A stretch of DNA of 32,321 nt, from NCBI GenBank assembly GCA_944386125.1, contig CALWZX010000003.1, forward strand, positions 1-32,321. Reading direction: 5' to 3'. A model generated the notes under the pieces. It was given only the letters and a program-made list of their open reading frames with translations, made no database searches and was not told the origin of the DNA. A program made the position numbers and the translations under genes. Origin of the DNA: an uncultured Clostridia bacterium (GTDB lineage: Bacteria; Bacillota; Clostridia; TANB77; CAG-508). Each line of letters begins with the position of its first letter. Within the stretch, counting starts at the first letter, position 1. Positions 1-9,325 of this stretch are shown in pieces.

Positions 1-8
1 ATCTATTG

Positions 9-46
9 AAGACTGAAAGCCTTTCATTTCAAAGGCTATCAGTCTT
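9..46. repeat. Inverted repeat / hairpin
   Basis: aagactga-aagccttt (9-24) pairs with aaaggcta-tcagtctt (31-46), one mismatch, 6-nt loop. Confidence 0.6.
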
Positions 47-74
47 TTACTCTTTTTCAACTGTCAAATTTGAG

Positions 75-130
75 ATTATATATTATTCTTTTGGTTAATT
101 CTATAACATTTCGGTTACAATTACATTACA
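75..130 (-). promoter_or_regulatory. Conserved promoter cassette, copy A (TGTAAT-N5-TGTAAC box plus TATAAT), directed leftwards out of the window
   Basis: 48/56 identical to 16985-17040; minus strand reads TGTAAT-gtaat-TGTAAC ... TATAAT (75-80). Confidence 0.6.
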
Positions 131-170
131 AAAATATTACATTTTATTTACCTAATGTATAAATTATGCC

Positions 171-250
171 AATGCAAATAAAGAGAATATGATATGGAAT
201 AGAATTTCTACGAAAATTCCAATGACCAACATATTCTCTTTATTTGTATT
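171..250. repeat. Long inverted repeat downstream of uvrC (possible terminator or structured RNA)
   Basis: Perfect 17-bp arms caaataaagagaatatg (175-191) / catattctctttatttg (230-246), extendable to 171-250, with an inner tggaat/attcca stem. Confidence 0.65.
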
Positions 251-267
251 AGTACGATTATTTTACT

Positions 268-2049
268 TTATAATTGTTTAATTCTTTCTGCAATTTCCTT
301 GGTTATTCCTTTTACTTGCATTAATTCTTCTATACTTGCTTTTTTTATTTTTTCTACACTTCCTAAAGTTTGAAGAAGTGCTTTTTTCTTTACAGGTCCA
401 ATTCCTTCTATTTCATCTAATTCTGATTGTGTCATACTTTTATTACGTAATTTTTTATGATAACTAATAGCTGTATCATGCACGGTATCTTGAAAAAGTG
501 TTATCTTTTTCATTAATTCCTCTGATATTGTTAATTCCTCTCTTTTATCATTCATTAATGCTCTGGTTTGGTGTTTATCATTTTTTACCATTCCCAATAC
601 TGGTATATGAATTGCATAACTTGCAATTGCTTCTTGTGCTGCATGAATTTGTGTAATTCCTCCATCTACCAATATTACATCTGGTAGTTTTCCAAAACCT
701 CCATTTTCATTTTCTATAGAATGGCGTATTCTTCTTGTAATAACTTCTTTCATACATTGTGGGTCATCTTGTTGAAATACTGTTTTTATGCGGAATGTTC
801 TGGATAAATTCTTTTTTATAACTCCATCTTGCATAACACACATACCTGCTACCATATATGTTCCTGAGATATTAGAAATATCGTAACATTCTATTTTTCT
901 TGGCATTTTATCCAATGCCAAGACTTCTTTTAATTCTGCTAAGGTATCATATTTATTTTGCTCCTTATTCTTTAAAGTTATCATAGCGTTGTTTTCTGCC
1001 ATTTCTACTAAACGCAACTTTTCCCCTTTTTGAGGAGTTTTTATTTGTACCTTCCTTCCTGCCTCTTTTGTAAGCCATTCTTCTATAATTTTTTTATCTT
1101 CTATTTCTTCTCTCATCATAATTTTGTTAGGAAGCACATTATTTTCTACATAATATTGTTTTACAAATTCTGATAGAATTTGGCTATCTTCTTCATCTAC
1201 CAAATCATTAAAAAAGTAATGTTCTCTCCCTAACATTTTGCTTTTTCTTACAAAAAATATTTCTATACATACTTCAAATTGTGTTTTAGCAATTCCTATA
1301 ACATCTATATCATTTTCTGTAATGTTAGAAACTTTTTGCCTTTCCGATATTTTTTCTATTGCCATTTTTTTATCTCGCAGATATGCTGCTTTTTCATATT
1401 GTCTATTTTCGGCTGCTTCTTTCATTTCCTTCTCTATTTGCTTTTCTATTTTATCTGTTTTACCTTCCAAAATTTCTATTACTTCTTGTACTTGTTTATG
1501 ATAGTCTTCTTTAGAGATATATCCCATGCAAGGTGCAAAACATTTTTTTATATGATAATTCAAACAAGGTCTATCTCTATATTTAAACGTTCTACATTGT
1601 CTAATTTTAAACTTTTCTTTGATAAAGTCTATCATCTCTTTAGCAGCACCAGCATTAGCATATGGGCCAAAATACTTTGCTCCATCATTTAAAATTTTCC
1701 TTGTGATATACACTGATGGGAAGTCATCTTTTACATTAATTTTTATATAAGGATAGGTTTTGTCATCTTTTAATAATACATTAAACTTTGGTCTATTCTT
1801 TTTTATTAAATTACATTCTAATATTAAAGCTTCTGCTTCATTATCTACAACAATATATTCAAAATGATCAATTAAAGCTACCATATTTTGAATTCTTTTG
1901 GTTTTATTGTTTTTTCTAAAATATTGTCTTACCCTATTTCGTAAAGAAATGGCTTTTCCTACATAAATAATATTGTCATCTTTATCGTGCATGATATATA
2001 CGCCTGGCTTTGCAGGCAACTTTTTTAGTTCTTCTTCTATATGAAACAT
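268..2049 (-). CDS. uvrC: Excinuclease ABC subunit C
   Basis: N-terminal GIY-YIG (PGVYIM...YVGKAISLRNRVRQYF), UVR domain, RNase H-like IECYDISN...DGG, C-terminal HhH (IEGIGPVKK). Confidence 0.97.
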   Translation of the reverse strand: MFHIEEELKKLPAKPGVYIMHDKDDNIIYVGKAISLRNRVRQYFRKNNKTKRIQNMVALIDHFEYIVVDNEAEALILECNLIKKNRPKFNVLLKDDKTYPYIKINVKDDFPSVYITRKILNDGAKYFGPYANAGAAKEMIDFIKEKFKIRQCRTFKYRDRPCLNYHIKKCFAPCMGYISKEDYHKQVQEVIEILEGKTDKIEKQIEKEMKEAAENRQYEKAAYLRDKKMAIEKISERQKVSNITENDIDVIGIAKTQFEVCIEIFFVRKSKMLGREHYFFNDLVDEEDSQILSEFVKQYYVENNVLPNKIMMREEIEDKKIIEEWLTKEAGRKVQIKTPQKGEKLRLVEMAENNAMITLKNKEQNKYDTLAELKEVLALDKMPRKIECYDISNISGTYMVAGMCVMQDGVIKKNLSRTFRIKTVFQQDDPQCMKEVITRRIRHSIENENGGFGKLPDVILVDGGITQIHAAQEAIASYAIHIPVLGMVKNDKHQTRALMNDKREELTISEELMKKITLFQDTVHDTAISYHKKLRNKSMTQSELDEIEGIGPVKKKALLQTLGSVEKIKKASIEELMQVKGITKEIAERIKQL

Positions 2050-2121
2050 TTTCTTTTTCTCCTTATATGTTATTGTAACTTGTTTTTTTTACTTGTGCAA
2101 GAGTTTATTTATATTTTTGTA

Positions 2122-2150
2122 TTGACAATTGTGTCGAAAAATGTAACAAT
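2122..2150 (+). promoter_or_regulatory. SigA-type promoter with Spo0A box in the spacer
   Basis: TTGACA (2122-2127), 17 nt, TGn-AACAAT; TGTCGAA 0A box at 2132-2138. Confidence 0.55.
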
Positions 2151-2184
2151 AATGGTAATAGGTTTGAAAAGGGAGGGGATTTTT

Positions 2185-2637
2185 ATGTATTCAACACCAT
2201 ATTATTATGACTACTCTTATGATTTTGATGCAAGTAATGCTGCGTTTGCTATGTTTGGTGGAATGCTTGCAGGAATGTTGATATTCATCATGTTAATTGT
2301 TTTAGTAGTAGCAATTATCCAAATTATTGCTATGTGGAGAATTTTCTCTAAAGCAGGAGAAAAAGGATGGAAATCATTAATTCCTATTTATAACCTAGTG
2401 GTTTTATTCCAAATTTCAGGGGTATCTCCTTGGTTGATTTTACTTTACTTAGCTAGTTGGATACCATTTATTGGATGGATAATTCCTTTGGCTTTAACTA
2501 TTTACTTAGATTGTAAACTATCTAAAGCCTTTGGACAGAGTTCTGGCTTTACAGTAGGATTAATTTTATTACCATCTATTTTCTATCTCATCTTGGCATT
2601 TGGAAAATCACAATATGTTGGACCTCAAGAAAACTAA
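2185..2637 (+). CDS. Membrane protein (DUF5684-like)
   Basis: GGAGGGG SD before ATG 2185 (ORF-track start at 2041 overlaps uvrC); motifs WRIFSKAGEKGWKSLIPIYN and LSKAFGQSSGFTVGLILLP..LAFGKSQY; several TM segments. Confidence 0.85.
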   Translation: MYSTPYYYDYSYDFDASNAAFAMFGGMLAGMLIFIMLIVLVVAIIQIIAMWRIFSKAGEKGWKSLIPIYNLVVLFQISGVSPWLILLYLASWIPFIGWIIPLALTIYLDCKLSKAFGQSSGFTVGLILLPSIFYLILAFGKSQYVGPQEN

Positions 2638-2662
2638 AAACGTGGTACCCCCACGTTTTTTT
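2636..2662 (+). terminator. Intrinsic terminator
   Basis: aaaaacgtgg / ccacgttttt stem with U-tract directly after the stop codon. Confidence 0.8.
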
Positions 2663-2760
2663 ATGGCTATTTATTTAGACGATTGGATAATTTGTTGCAA
2701 AGGACTTGCAACTTTTTTTATTTTATTGTAATATAATACATTAAGAAAGGTAAACAAATA

Positions 2761-2911
2761 TGATTAATAGCGCCTGGACAATGTTTTTATATTGTTGACG
2801 AGGAAGAAACTTATCGAAATATTCGGCGGATGGTTTCTTGGTATGTTACTTACCACAAGTATTATGGCAAAACCTAATAGTGATATTAGAACAAATCCAT
2901 ATACAGGTAAC
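2761..2911 (+). ncRNA. glmS ribozyme (GlcN6P-activated self-cleaving riboswitch)
   Basis: Core A^GCGCCTGGAC (cleavage 2769/2770) ... TTGACGAGG-AAGAAAC-TTATCGA-AATAT-TCGGCGGATG-GTTTCTT; P4 gttact/ggtaac with ctaata-GTGA-tattag GNRA hairpin; lies upstream of glmS. Confidence 0.95.
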
Positions 2912-2971
2912 TTTGTTTATCCTTTTTAAGTTATGCATTTTTTATGCAAATTTTAAGGAGGTTTTTTTATT

Positions 2972-4825
2972 ATGTGCGGAATCGTAGGTTACGTAGGAGA
3001 GAAAAAGGCCACTCCTATTTTAATTAATGGCCTTTTAAGATTAGAATATCGTGGTTATGACTCAGCAGGAATTGCTGTGTTAGAAAAAGACCACATAGAT
3101 GTAAGAAAGGATATTGGTAGAGTTAAAAACTTACAAGAAAACAACCATGTGGAAGAATTATCAGGAACAACAGGTATTGCTCATACTAGATGGGCTACTC
3201 ATGGGAAACCATCTAAGGAAAATTCTCATCCTCATTTAGATAATAGCAAAAATTTTGCAGTTGTTCATAATGGAATTATTGAAAATTATAGTGAATTAAG
3301 AGAATTTTTAACCAAACAAGGATATACTTTTTATTCACAAACCGATACAGAAGTAATTCCTAACTTAATTCACTATTACTATCATAAAAATGGAGATACT
3401 TCTTTAGTAAATGGATTTTTAAGAGCAGTAACTGATACTTGTAAAGTTTTAAAAGGAAGTTATGCTATTGAAGTTTTAAATAAAGATTTTCCTAATACTG
3501 TAATTGTGGTTCGTAAAGATAGCCCTTTAGTTATTGCAAAGGGTGATAAAGAAAACTATATTGCTTCTGATATTCCAGCAATATTATCCTATAGTAAAGA
3601 TTTTTATTTATTAGAGGATAATGAATTTGCTATTATTACTACAGATGAAATACATTTTTATGATGCTGATTTACACGAACATGAAAAACACGTTAAAAGT
3701 ATTGAATGGGATGCTTCTGCCTCTGAAAAAGATGGATATGAAGATTACATGCTAAAAGAAATTTTTGAACAACCAAAGGCAATTCGTGAAACTATTGGAA
3801 CAAGATTTCAAGATCATACTTGTCGTTTCGAAGAATTACCTTTTTCTAAAGAATATTTACAAAGTTTAACCCAAATTTATATTGTTGCATGTGGTACTGC
3901 TATGCATGCTGGATTGGTTGCAAAAAATATGATAGAAAAATTGTGTCATATTCCTGTTACTGTAGATATAGCTTCTGAGTTTCGTTATCGTGACCCTCTT
4001 ATCTCTTCTCATACTTTATGCATTTATATTAGTCAATCCGGAGAAACAGCAGATACTATTGCTGCATTAAAATTAGCTAAAGCACAAGGAGCTAAGACAC
4101 TTGCTATTTCTAATGTAATTGGTAGTTCTATTACAAGAGAAGCAGATTATTCAATATATACTCATGCAGGTCCAGAAATTGCTGTAGCTTCTACTAAAGC
4201 ATATACTGCTCAAGTTACTCTTTTAAGCTTACTTGGTATTTATTTTGCACAATTACTTGGAACTAGCACACAAGAGGATTTAGCTCTTTTACAAAATGCA
4301 ATTTTAGACCTTCCTAATCAAATTACAGAAGTATTAAAAGAAGAAAATCTACACATATTACAAAATATTGCTAAAAAAATCTATCAAGAAAAAGATATGT
4401 TTTTCTTAGGTAGAGGTGTAGATTACTGTGTTGCTTTAGAGGGGTCTTTAAAACTAAAAGAAATTTCTTATATTCATTCAGAAGCTTATGCTGCAGGTGA
4501 ATTAAAACATGGACCTATTGCTTTAATTGAAAATGGTGTTACAGTCATTTCTATTTTAACAGATAATAAGTTAACACCTAAAACAGTAAGTAATATTCAA
4601 GAAGTAATTACTCGTGGTGCAAAAACGGTTGTAATTACTAATGATGAAGAGAATATAGATACTACCCATTATGATTTTGTTCTTACTATTCCTAAGACTT
4701 CTAGTTATCTTTCTCCTATTCTTTCTGTTATACCTATGCAATTGCTTTCTTATTATATTGCAAAGGAGAAAGGATTAGATGTAGATAAACCTAGAAATCT
4801 TGCAAAATCTGTAACAGTTGAATAA
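2972..4825 (+). CDS. glmS: Glutamine--fructose-6-phosphate aminotransferase
   Basis: MCGIVG start, LEYRGYDSAG, HTRWATHG, SQSGETADT, C-terminal DKPRNLAKSVTVE. Confidence 0.99.
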   Translation: MCGIVGYVGEKKATPILINGLLRLEYRGYDSAGIAVLEKDHIDVRKDIGRVKNLQENNHVEELSGTTGIAHTRWATHGKPSKENSHPHLDNSKNFAVVHNGIIENYSELREFLTKQGYTFYSQTDTEVIPNLIHYYYHKNGDTSLVNGFLRAVTDTCKVLKGSYAIEVLNKDFPNTVIVVRKDSPLVIAKGDKENYIASDIPAILSYSKDFYLLEDNEFAIITTDEIHFYDADLHEHEKHVKSIEWDASASEKDGYEDYMLKEIFEQPKAIRETIGTRFQDHTCRFEELPFSKEYLQSLTQIYIVACGTAMHAGLVAKNMIEKLCHIPVTVDIASEFRYRDPLISSHTLCIYISQSGETADTIAALKLAKAQGAKTLAISNVIGSSITREADYSIYTHAGPEIAVASTKAYTAQVTLLSLLGIYFAQLLGTSTQEDLALLQNAILDLPNQITEVLKEENLHILQNIAKKIYQEKDMFFLGRGVDYCVALEGSLKLKEISYIHSEAYAAGELKHGPIALIENGVTVISILTDNKLTPKTVSNIQEVITRGAKTVVITNDEENIDTTHYDFVLTIPKTSSYLSPILSVIPMQLLSYYIAKEKGLDVDKPRNLAKSVTVE

Positions 4826-4831
4826 TTTAAT

Positions 4832-4876
4832 ATAATATAAAAGAAGGTCTCTAAAAGAAACCTTCTTTTATATTAT
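4832..4876. terminator. Bidirectional terminator between convergent glmS and bofA-like gene
   Basis: 17-bp perfect inverted repeat ataatataaaagaaggt / accttcttttatattat. Confidence 0.75.
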
Positions 4877-5131
4877 CATCAGCTTAATAACAATTAGAAG
4901 AATAGCTCCCGGTATTCCCAATATTCCTACTGTAATAGCTGTAATATAATTTAATCCTATATGAAATCCAAAAATTCCCCCAATTAAGTTTATAAAAAAT
5001 ATTAAAAATCCCCCAAGTAAAGAATTTAAGATTAATTTTCCTATTGTTTTTAGTGGCCATATAAAAAATCTACCTACTACAAATAAAAAAATTACACATC
5101 CTAAAAATATCATTACACTATTTGCTTCCAC
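4868..5131 (-). CDS. bofA: Pro-sigmaK processing inhibitor BofA family protein
   Basis: Small hydrophobic protein with IGLNYITAITVGILGIPG motif; adjacent to yaaL-like gene as in Bacillus; GTG start with GAGGGG SD. Confidence 0.85.
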   Translation of the reverse strand: MEANSVMIFLGCVIFLFVVGRFFIWPLKTIGKLILNSLLGGFLIFFINLIGGIFGFHIGLNYITAITVGILGIPGAILLIVIKLMII

Positions 5132-5157
5132 TTGCCTATCCCCCTCATCTTGCTTTT

Positions 5158-5186
5158 ATTGTATGAAGGTGATTGGACAAATATTC
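5158..5186 (-). promoter_or_regulatory. SigE-type promoter of bofA
   Basis: GAATATT-N14-CATACAAT matches the B. subtilis SigE consensus; bofA is SigE-controlled in Bacillus. Confidence 0.7.
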
Positions 5187-5193
5187 CTATATT

Positions 5194-5469
5194 TTATATA
5201 GCTTCATGAAATTTAAGAGCAATTTGTTCTATCATGTTTAGCTGAATTCCTGCTTCTTTTGCTTCTTTCATTAAATAATTTAATTTAGCACGATTTGCTT
5301 TTATTTGATATGCATAACAATCAATTAATTCTCCTTCTGCATATTCATAATTTTTGGAAAGCTCGTCCAGCTCTTTTTTTGTTTTTAAAATATGAATCAG
5401 CATATCTTTTTGTTTTTCTTCTTCACTTTTTTCAATAATTCTCGTTTCTCTCATATATTCTTCTCTCAT
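5194..5469 (-). CDS. YaaL / DUF2508 family protein
   Basis: YEYAEGELIDCYAYQIKANRAKLNYLMKEAK motif; synteny with bofA; AGGAG SD favours ATG at 5469. Confidence 0.8.
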   Translation of the reverse strand: MREEYMRETRIIEKSEEEKQKDMLIHILKTKKELDELSKNYEYAEGELIDCYAYQIKANRAKLNYLMKEAKEAGIQLNMIEQIALKFHEAI

Positions 5470-5510
5470 ACACATTTCTCCTTTTCTTTTTTACATAGTA
5501 TATTCCATTT

Positions 5511-6350
5511 TTAGGAAAATATACTATATATTACAATTCCTACACTCTGGATAATAAATAAATTCAATAAATTTGAAATGAATAAGTTATTACTTGCTTC
5601 AATTACTCCCAACTCTTTTTCTTCTTGTTGGTAATGTTTTTGCGCTTCAAAAAATGTCATTAATTCAGGAATACTTGTAATAAATCCTAATAAAATTCCT
5701 AAAATACTTTCTGGTATAGAAAATACCATTCCTAAATTATTTAAAACTACGCTAAGTTCATTTCCTACTATATACAATGTTACACTCGTTATTAATAGAT
5801 AAATAGAATATTTGGTTACTGTCCACCCTCTCTTACGTACTTGTACCTCTTCTTTTATTATTTTTTCTTCGAGTTTCTTATCATCCTTTTGTAGATATTG
5901 ATAATGCATTTTTACATTAATTCTATAGAAAATAATAAATACAATTAAAAATATAGGAACAATATAAAGATTCATTGGTATAGAAAAAATTTCTATTACT
6001 ATAGGAATAACTATTGTTGCCATAACTAATAATAAACAAATTTGTATACCTTTATTTTTTAATACTTTTTGATTTTTACTAAAGAATATAGAGGCTATAT
6101 ATTGTACAAAATTAATTATATTTGAGCTTATAATATTAAAAACACTCGCTTGTAATAACCCTGAACTTGCAGAAAAACAGACTGTTAATAATTCCGGAAC
6201 AGATGTTGCAATTCCCGCTATATTTCCTACAGTTTTAGGAGATAATCCTATAATTTCTGCTAAATTTCTTAGTATTTTTACTAAAATATATTTAGCTATT
6301 ATAACAATCAATATAGCATATAGAATTAATTTTGCTAATTCTACAATCAT
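5511..6350 (-). CDS. Putative cation:Ca2+ exchanger (CaCA-like) membrane protein
   Basis: Two alpha-repeat-like motifs GIATSVPEL and GFITSIPEL, each followed by SN motifs; about 9-10 TM segments. Confidence 0.7.
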   Translation of the reverse strand: MIVELAKLILYAILIVIIAKYILVKILRNLAEIIGLSPKTVGNIAGIATSVPELLTVCFSASSGLLQASVFNIISSNIINFVQYIASIFFSKNQKVLKNKGIQICLLLVMATIVIPIVIEIFSIPMNLYIVPIFLIVFIIFYRINVKMHYQYLQKDDKKLEEKIIKEEVQVRKRGWTVTKYSIYLLITSVTLYIVGNELSVVLNNLGMVFSIPESILGILLGFITSIPELMTFFEAQKHYQQEEKELGVIEASNNLFISNLLNLFIIQSVGIVIYSIFS

Positions 6351-6405
6351 TTTCTCTTCTTAACTCCTTTCTTTTTTATTATTCCTCCTTTTTTACATTT
6401 TAATC

Positions 6406-6441
6406 AAAAAAACTGTATAGAATTAATACTATACAGCTTTT
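6406..6441 (-). terminator. Terminator of spoIIID
   Basis: ctgtatag / ctatacag stem followed by a U-tract on the minus strand. Confidence 0.7.
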
Positions 6442-6444
6442 GCT

Positions 6445-6717
6445 CTATCCAACATTTTTCTTTTCTTTTAGATGATCATATTTTAATTTTGTTGCCATCC
6501 CTCCTCTAATATGTCTTTCTGCTTTATTTTCATCTAATATCGCTCTTACTTGTGTTGCTAAAACAGGATTTATCCTTAATATACGTTCACTCAAATCTTT
6601 ATGTACTGTTGATTTTGAAACACCAAACTTTGCAGCAGCACCTCTAACTGTATCTTTTGAATCTATAATATAGTGTGCAAGTGAAATTGCACGTTCTTCA
6701 ATAGAAATACCTCTCAT
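6445..6717 (-). CDS. spoIIID: Stage III sporulation transcriptional regulator D
   Basis: IEERA...YII...TVRGAAAKFGVSKSTVHKDL...NKAERHIRGGMATKLKY signature. Confidence 0.96.
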   Translation of the reverse strand: MRGISIEERAISLAHYIIDSKDTVRGAAAKFGVSKSTVHKDLSERILRINPVLATQVRAILDENKAERHIRGGMATKLKYDHLKEKKNVG

Positions 6718-6838
6718 ATTGTCCTAACTCCTTTATATGATTTCATTTGTTTAATTTTATTCTTATGATTCACAGGTTAGAACGAGGAAATGAAAATTCA
6801 TGTAGGTATTCCTTATTTTTATATTTTTATACTTTAAT

Positions 6839-6874
6839 AAACCCTATGTTAAATATTACTTTAACATAGGGTTT
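6839..6874 (-). terminator. Hairpin overlapping the ATPase stop codon
   Basis: 15-bp perfect inverted repeat aaaccctatgttaaa / tttaacatagggttt. Confidence 0.6.
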
Positions 6875-9285
6875 GCTTTTCTTTTTTCTCTTATTTTTGT
6901 TATTGCTGTAAATAATAAATTGAATATAATAAAGTTGATTACGGTTAAACATAATATGTAGATAATTTCTTTTTTCATCATAGTAAATGGTACTATATTA
7001 AACCACCAGCTTAGTACAGTTGCTCCCAATATAAATAATAATGCTACAACCATACAAACTAATACTCTGAAACAAGAAAATGGCAATTTTTTGTGTTCGC
7101 TTTTCCTTGCTTTTGTCATTGTAATTAGTAACAACATTGCAGAAAAAGCTGTTGCTATAACACATAAACTTGGATAAATTTCATCACTAATTCTACCTTG
7201 TGTATGTAATATAGAGAGAATCAATATTCCTGTAATTACTGTAAAAGCTGTTGGAATAGACCTTCTTATAATATTTCTTAGAAAATTTCCTCGAATTCTT
7301 TCATGATTTGGTTCTAATGCTAATACAAAAGATGGGAAACCTATTGTACATACACTAATTAAACTTAATTGAACTGGCATAAATGGATATTCTTGCCCTA
7401 TTATAATAAACATGATAGCCATAACACTAGAATAGATAGTTTTAGTTAAGAACAACGAAGCGGAACGTTCTATATTATTAATGGTTCTTCTTCCTTCTGC
7501 TACTACTTGAGGCATGGATGCAAAATTAGAATCTAATAATACTAGCTGTGCTACATTTTTTGCAGCATCACTTCCATTTGCCATAACTATACTGCAATCC
7601 GATTCTTTTAATGCTAAAACATCATTTACACCATCACCCGTCATTGCTACTGTTCTTCCATTTTCTTTTAAACTCTGGATTAAAATTTTCTTTTGTGCTG
7701 GGGTAACCCTACCAAATATAGTATATTCTATAGCAGCCTTTTTCAATTCTTCTTCTGAAAGATGAGAAACATCTATATATTTTTCATAATGTTCTACTCC
7801 AGCTAAACTTGCAATTTTAGAAACAGTTATTGGATTATCTCCTGAAATAATTTTTATATCTACTCCCTGCTCTCTAAAATACTCTAAAGTCTTTTTAGCT
7901 TCTTTTCTAATTTTATCTGTAATGAATATAAAGCCAATAACTTCCATTTGCTCTGGTAAGTTGTTCTTCTTAAGTTCTTCTTTGGTATATACTAAACACA
8001 TAACTCGATAGTTAGAAACATATTTTTCTATTTGTATTTGATAATTTTTATAACTTTCTTTTAATATAAATTCTGGAGCTCCCATAATATAGGAACCTTG
8101 ATTTTCAAAAGTAATACCAGACCATTTTGTTTTAGAAGAAAAGGGAATTTTTATTTTTGCCCTAAATACTTCTTTTGGTTCTTTAAAATACTCTCGAATT
8201 GCTTCAATCGTTTGATTATTATCTGTAGATGCTTTTCCTATATTTGCTAAAATATTATATATTTCTTCTGGCGTCCTATTTTCTGCAACAAAATCTTTTA
8301 CTTCCATTTTTCCTTCTGTTAAAGTTCCTGTTTTATCAAGGCAAAGAGTATCTACCCTTGCTAATGTTTCAATACAATATAATTCTTGTACTAAAACTTT
8401 TCTTCTAGAAAGCCTAATAACACTTACAGCAAGTACTGTACTGGTTAGTAATACTAATCCTTCTGGTATCATTCCTATAATTGCTGCTACTGATTTTAAA
8501 ATTGCTTCTTTCACCGTTGCTTCTGGAACTTGCAATTGATTCCAAAATAAAATTAATCCGATAGGAATAATTGCTATAGATAAAATACGAATAATTTTAT
8601 TTAAAGAAATCATAATTTCTGATTTTACTTTTTTTACGTATTTTGCTCCTTTAGAAATTTGTGCTGTATAATTTTCTTCTCCTACATGTTCTACTTTCGC
8701 CTTACAAATTCCACTTACAATAAAACTACCTGATAATAGCATTTCTCCTTTTGTTTTAGTAATAGCATTTGGCTCCCCTGTAATAAAAGATTCATCTACT
8801 TCTACTTCTCCTTCTTGTACAATACTATCAGTTGCAATTTGATCTCCTGTTTGAAAAATCACTATGTCATCTAAAACAATTTCTTCTATGTCAATTTCTT
8901 GCTTTTTTCCATCACGAATCACTTTTGCTTTAGATTGTGCTAAAATAGATAATTTATCTATTACTCTTTTAGAATGAATTTCTTGAATTGTACTAATTGC
9001 TGTATTGATAATAGCTATTAGCAAGAAGGTCATATTTTTGTAAGATCCAGTAGCAAAAATAAGAAATCCTAAAATAAGGTTCAATATATTAAAAAGTGTT
9101 ATAAAATTTTCTTGTAATATTTGTTTAATAGATTTTGTTGGTACTTCATGATTATGATTCACTAAATTTTCTGTTTTTCTTTGTTGTACTTGTTCGTTAG
9201 TAAGACCAATTTCTATATTAGGTTTATACCTTTCTTCTTTCAAATTTCTTCGTTCCTTTCCCTTTATTGTTTTGTATTCTAGCAT
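6856..9285 (-). CDS. Cation-transporting P-type ATPase (CtpE-like)
   Basis: DES..TGE actuator motif, IPEGL, DKTGT phosphorylation site, ISGDN, GDGVND; true start may be TTG at 9243 (AAAGGA SD). Confidence 0.93.
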   Translation of the reverse strand: MLEYKTIKGKERRNLKEERYKPNIEIGLTNEQVQQRKTENLVNHNHEVPTKSIKQILQENFITLFNILNLILGFLIFATGSYKNMTFLLIAIINTAISTIQEIHSKRVIDKLSILAQSKAKVIRDGKKQEIDIEEIVLDDIVIFQTGDQIATDSIVQEGEVEVDESFITGEPNAITKTKGEMLLSGSFIVSGICKAKVEHVGEENYTAQISKGAKYVKKVKSEIMISLNKIIRILSIAIIPIGLILFWNQLQVPEATVKEAILKSVAAIIGMIPEGLVLLTSTVLAVSVIRLSRRKVLVQELYCIETLARVDTLCLDKTGTLTEGKMEVKDFVAENRTPEEIYNILANIGKASTDNNQTIEAIREYFKEPKEVFRAKIKIPFSSKTKWSGITFENQGSYIMGAPEFILKESYKNYQIQIEKYVSNYRVMCLVYTKEELKKNNLPEQMEVIGFIFITDKIRKEAKKTLEYFREQGVDIKIISGDNPITVSKIASLAGVEHYEKYIDVSHLSEEELKKAAIEYTIFGRVTPAQKKILIQSLKENGRTVAMTGDGVNDVLALKESDCSIVMANGSDAAKNVAQLVLLDSNFASMPQVVAEGRRTINNIERSASLFLTKTIYSSVMAIMFIIIGQEYPFMPVQLSLISVCTIGFPSFVLALEPNHERIRGNFLRNIIRRSIPTAFTVITGILILSILHTQGRISDEIYPSLCVIATAFSAMLLLITMTKARKSEHKKLPFSCFRVLVCMVVALLFILGATVLSWWFNIVPFTMMKKEIIYILCLTVINFIIFNLLFTAITKIREKRKANPMLK

Positions 9286-9325
9286 AGTTTATATGTATTT
9301 TCAATAATTCTTACAAAAGTGAAAG

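Noticed and set aside
1238-1692. Antisense ORFs inside uvrC, and similar short opposite-strand or overlapping track ORFs (7514, 11297, 11795, 12955, 13799, 14225, 14819, 15556, 15970, 17291, 19286, 20256, 21312, 23063, 23483, 23712, 27029, 28242)
   Set aside because: Shadow frames of well-supported genes, mostly F/L/S/I-rich, with no SD or recognisable motifs
2041-2184. N-terminal extensions in the ORF track (also 27627-27806, 26393-26506, 23033-23086, 21451-21474)
   Set aside because: They overlap promoters, terminators or neighbouring genes; better SD-supported starts lie downstream
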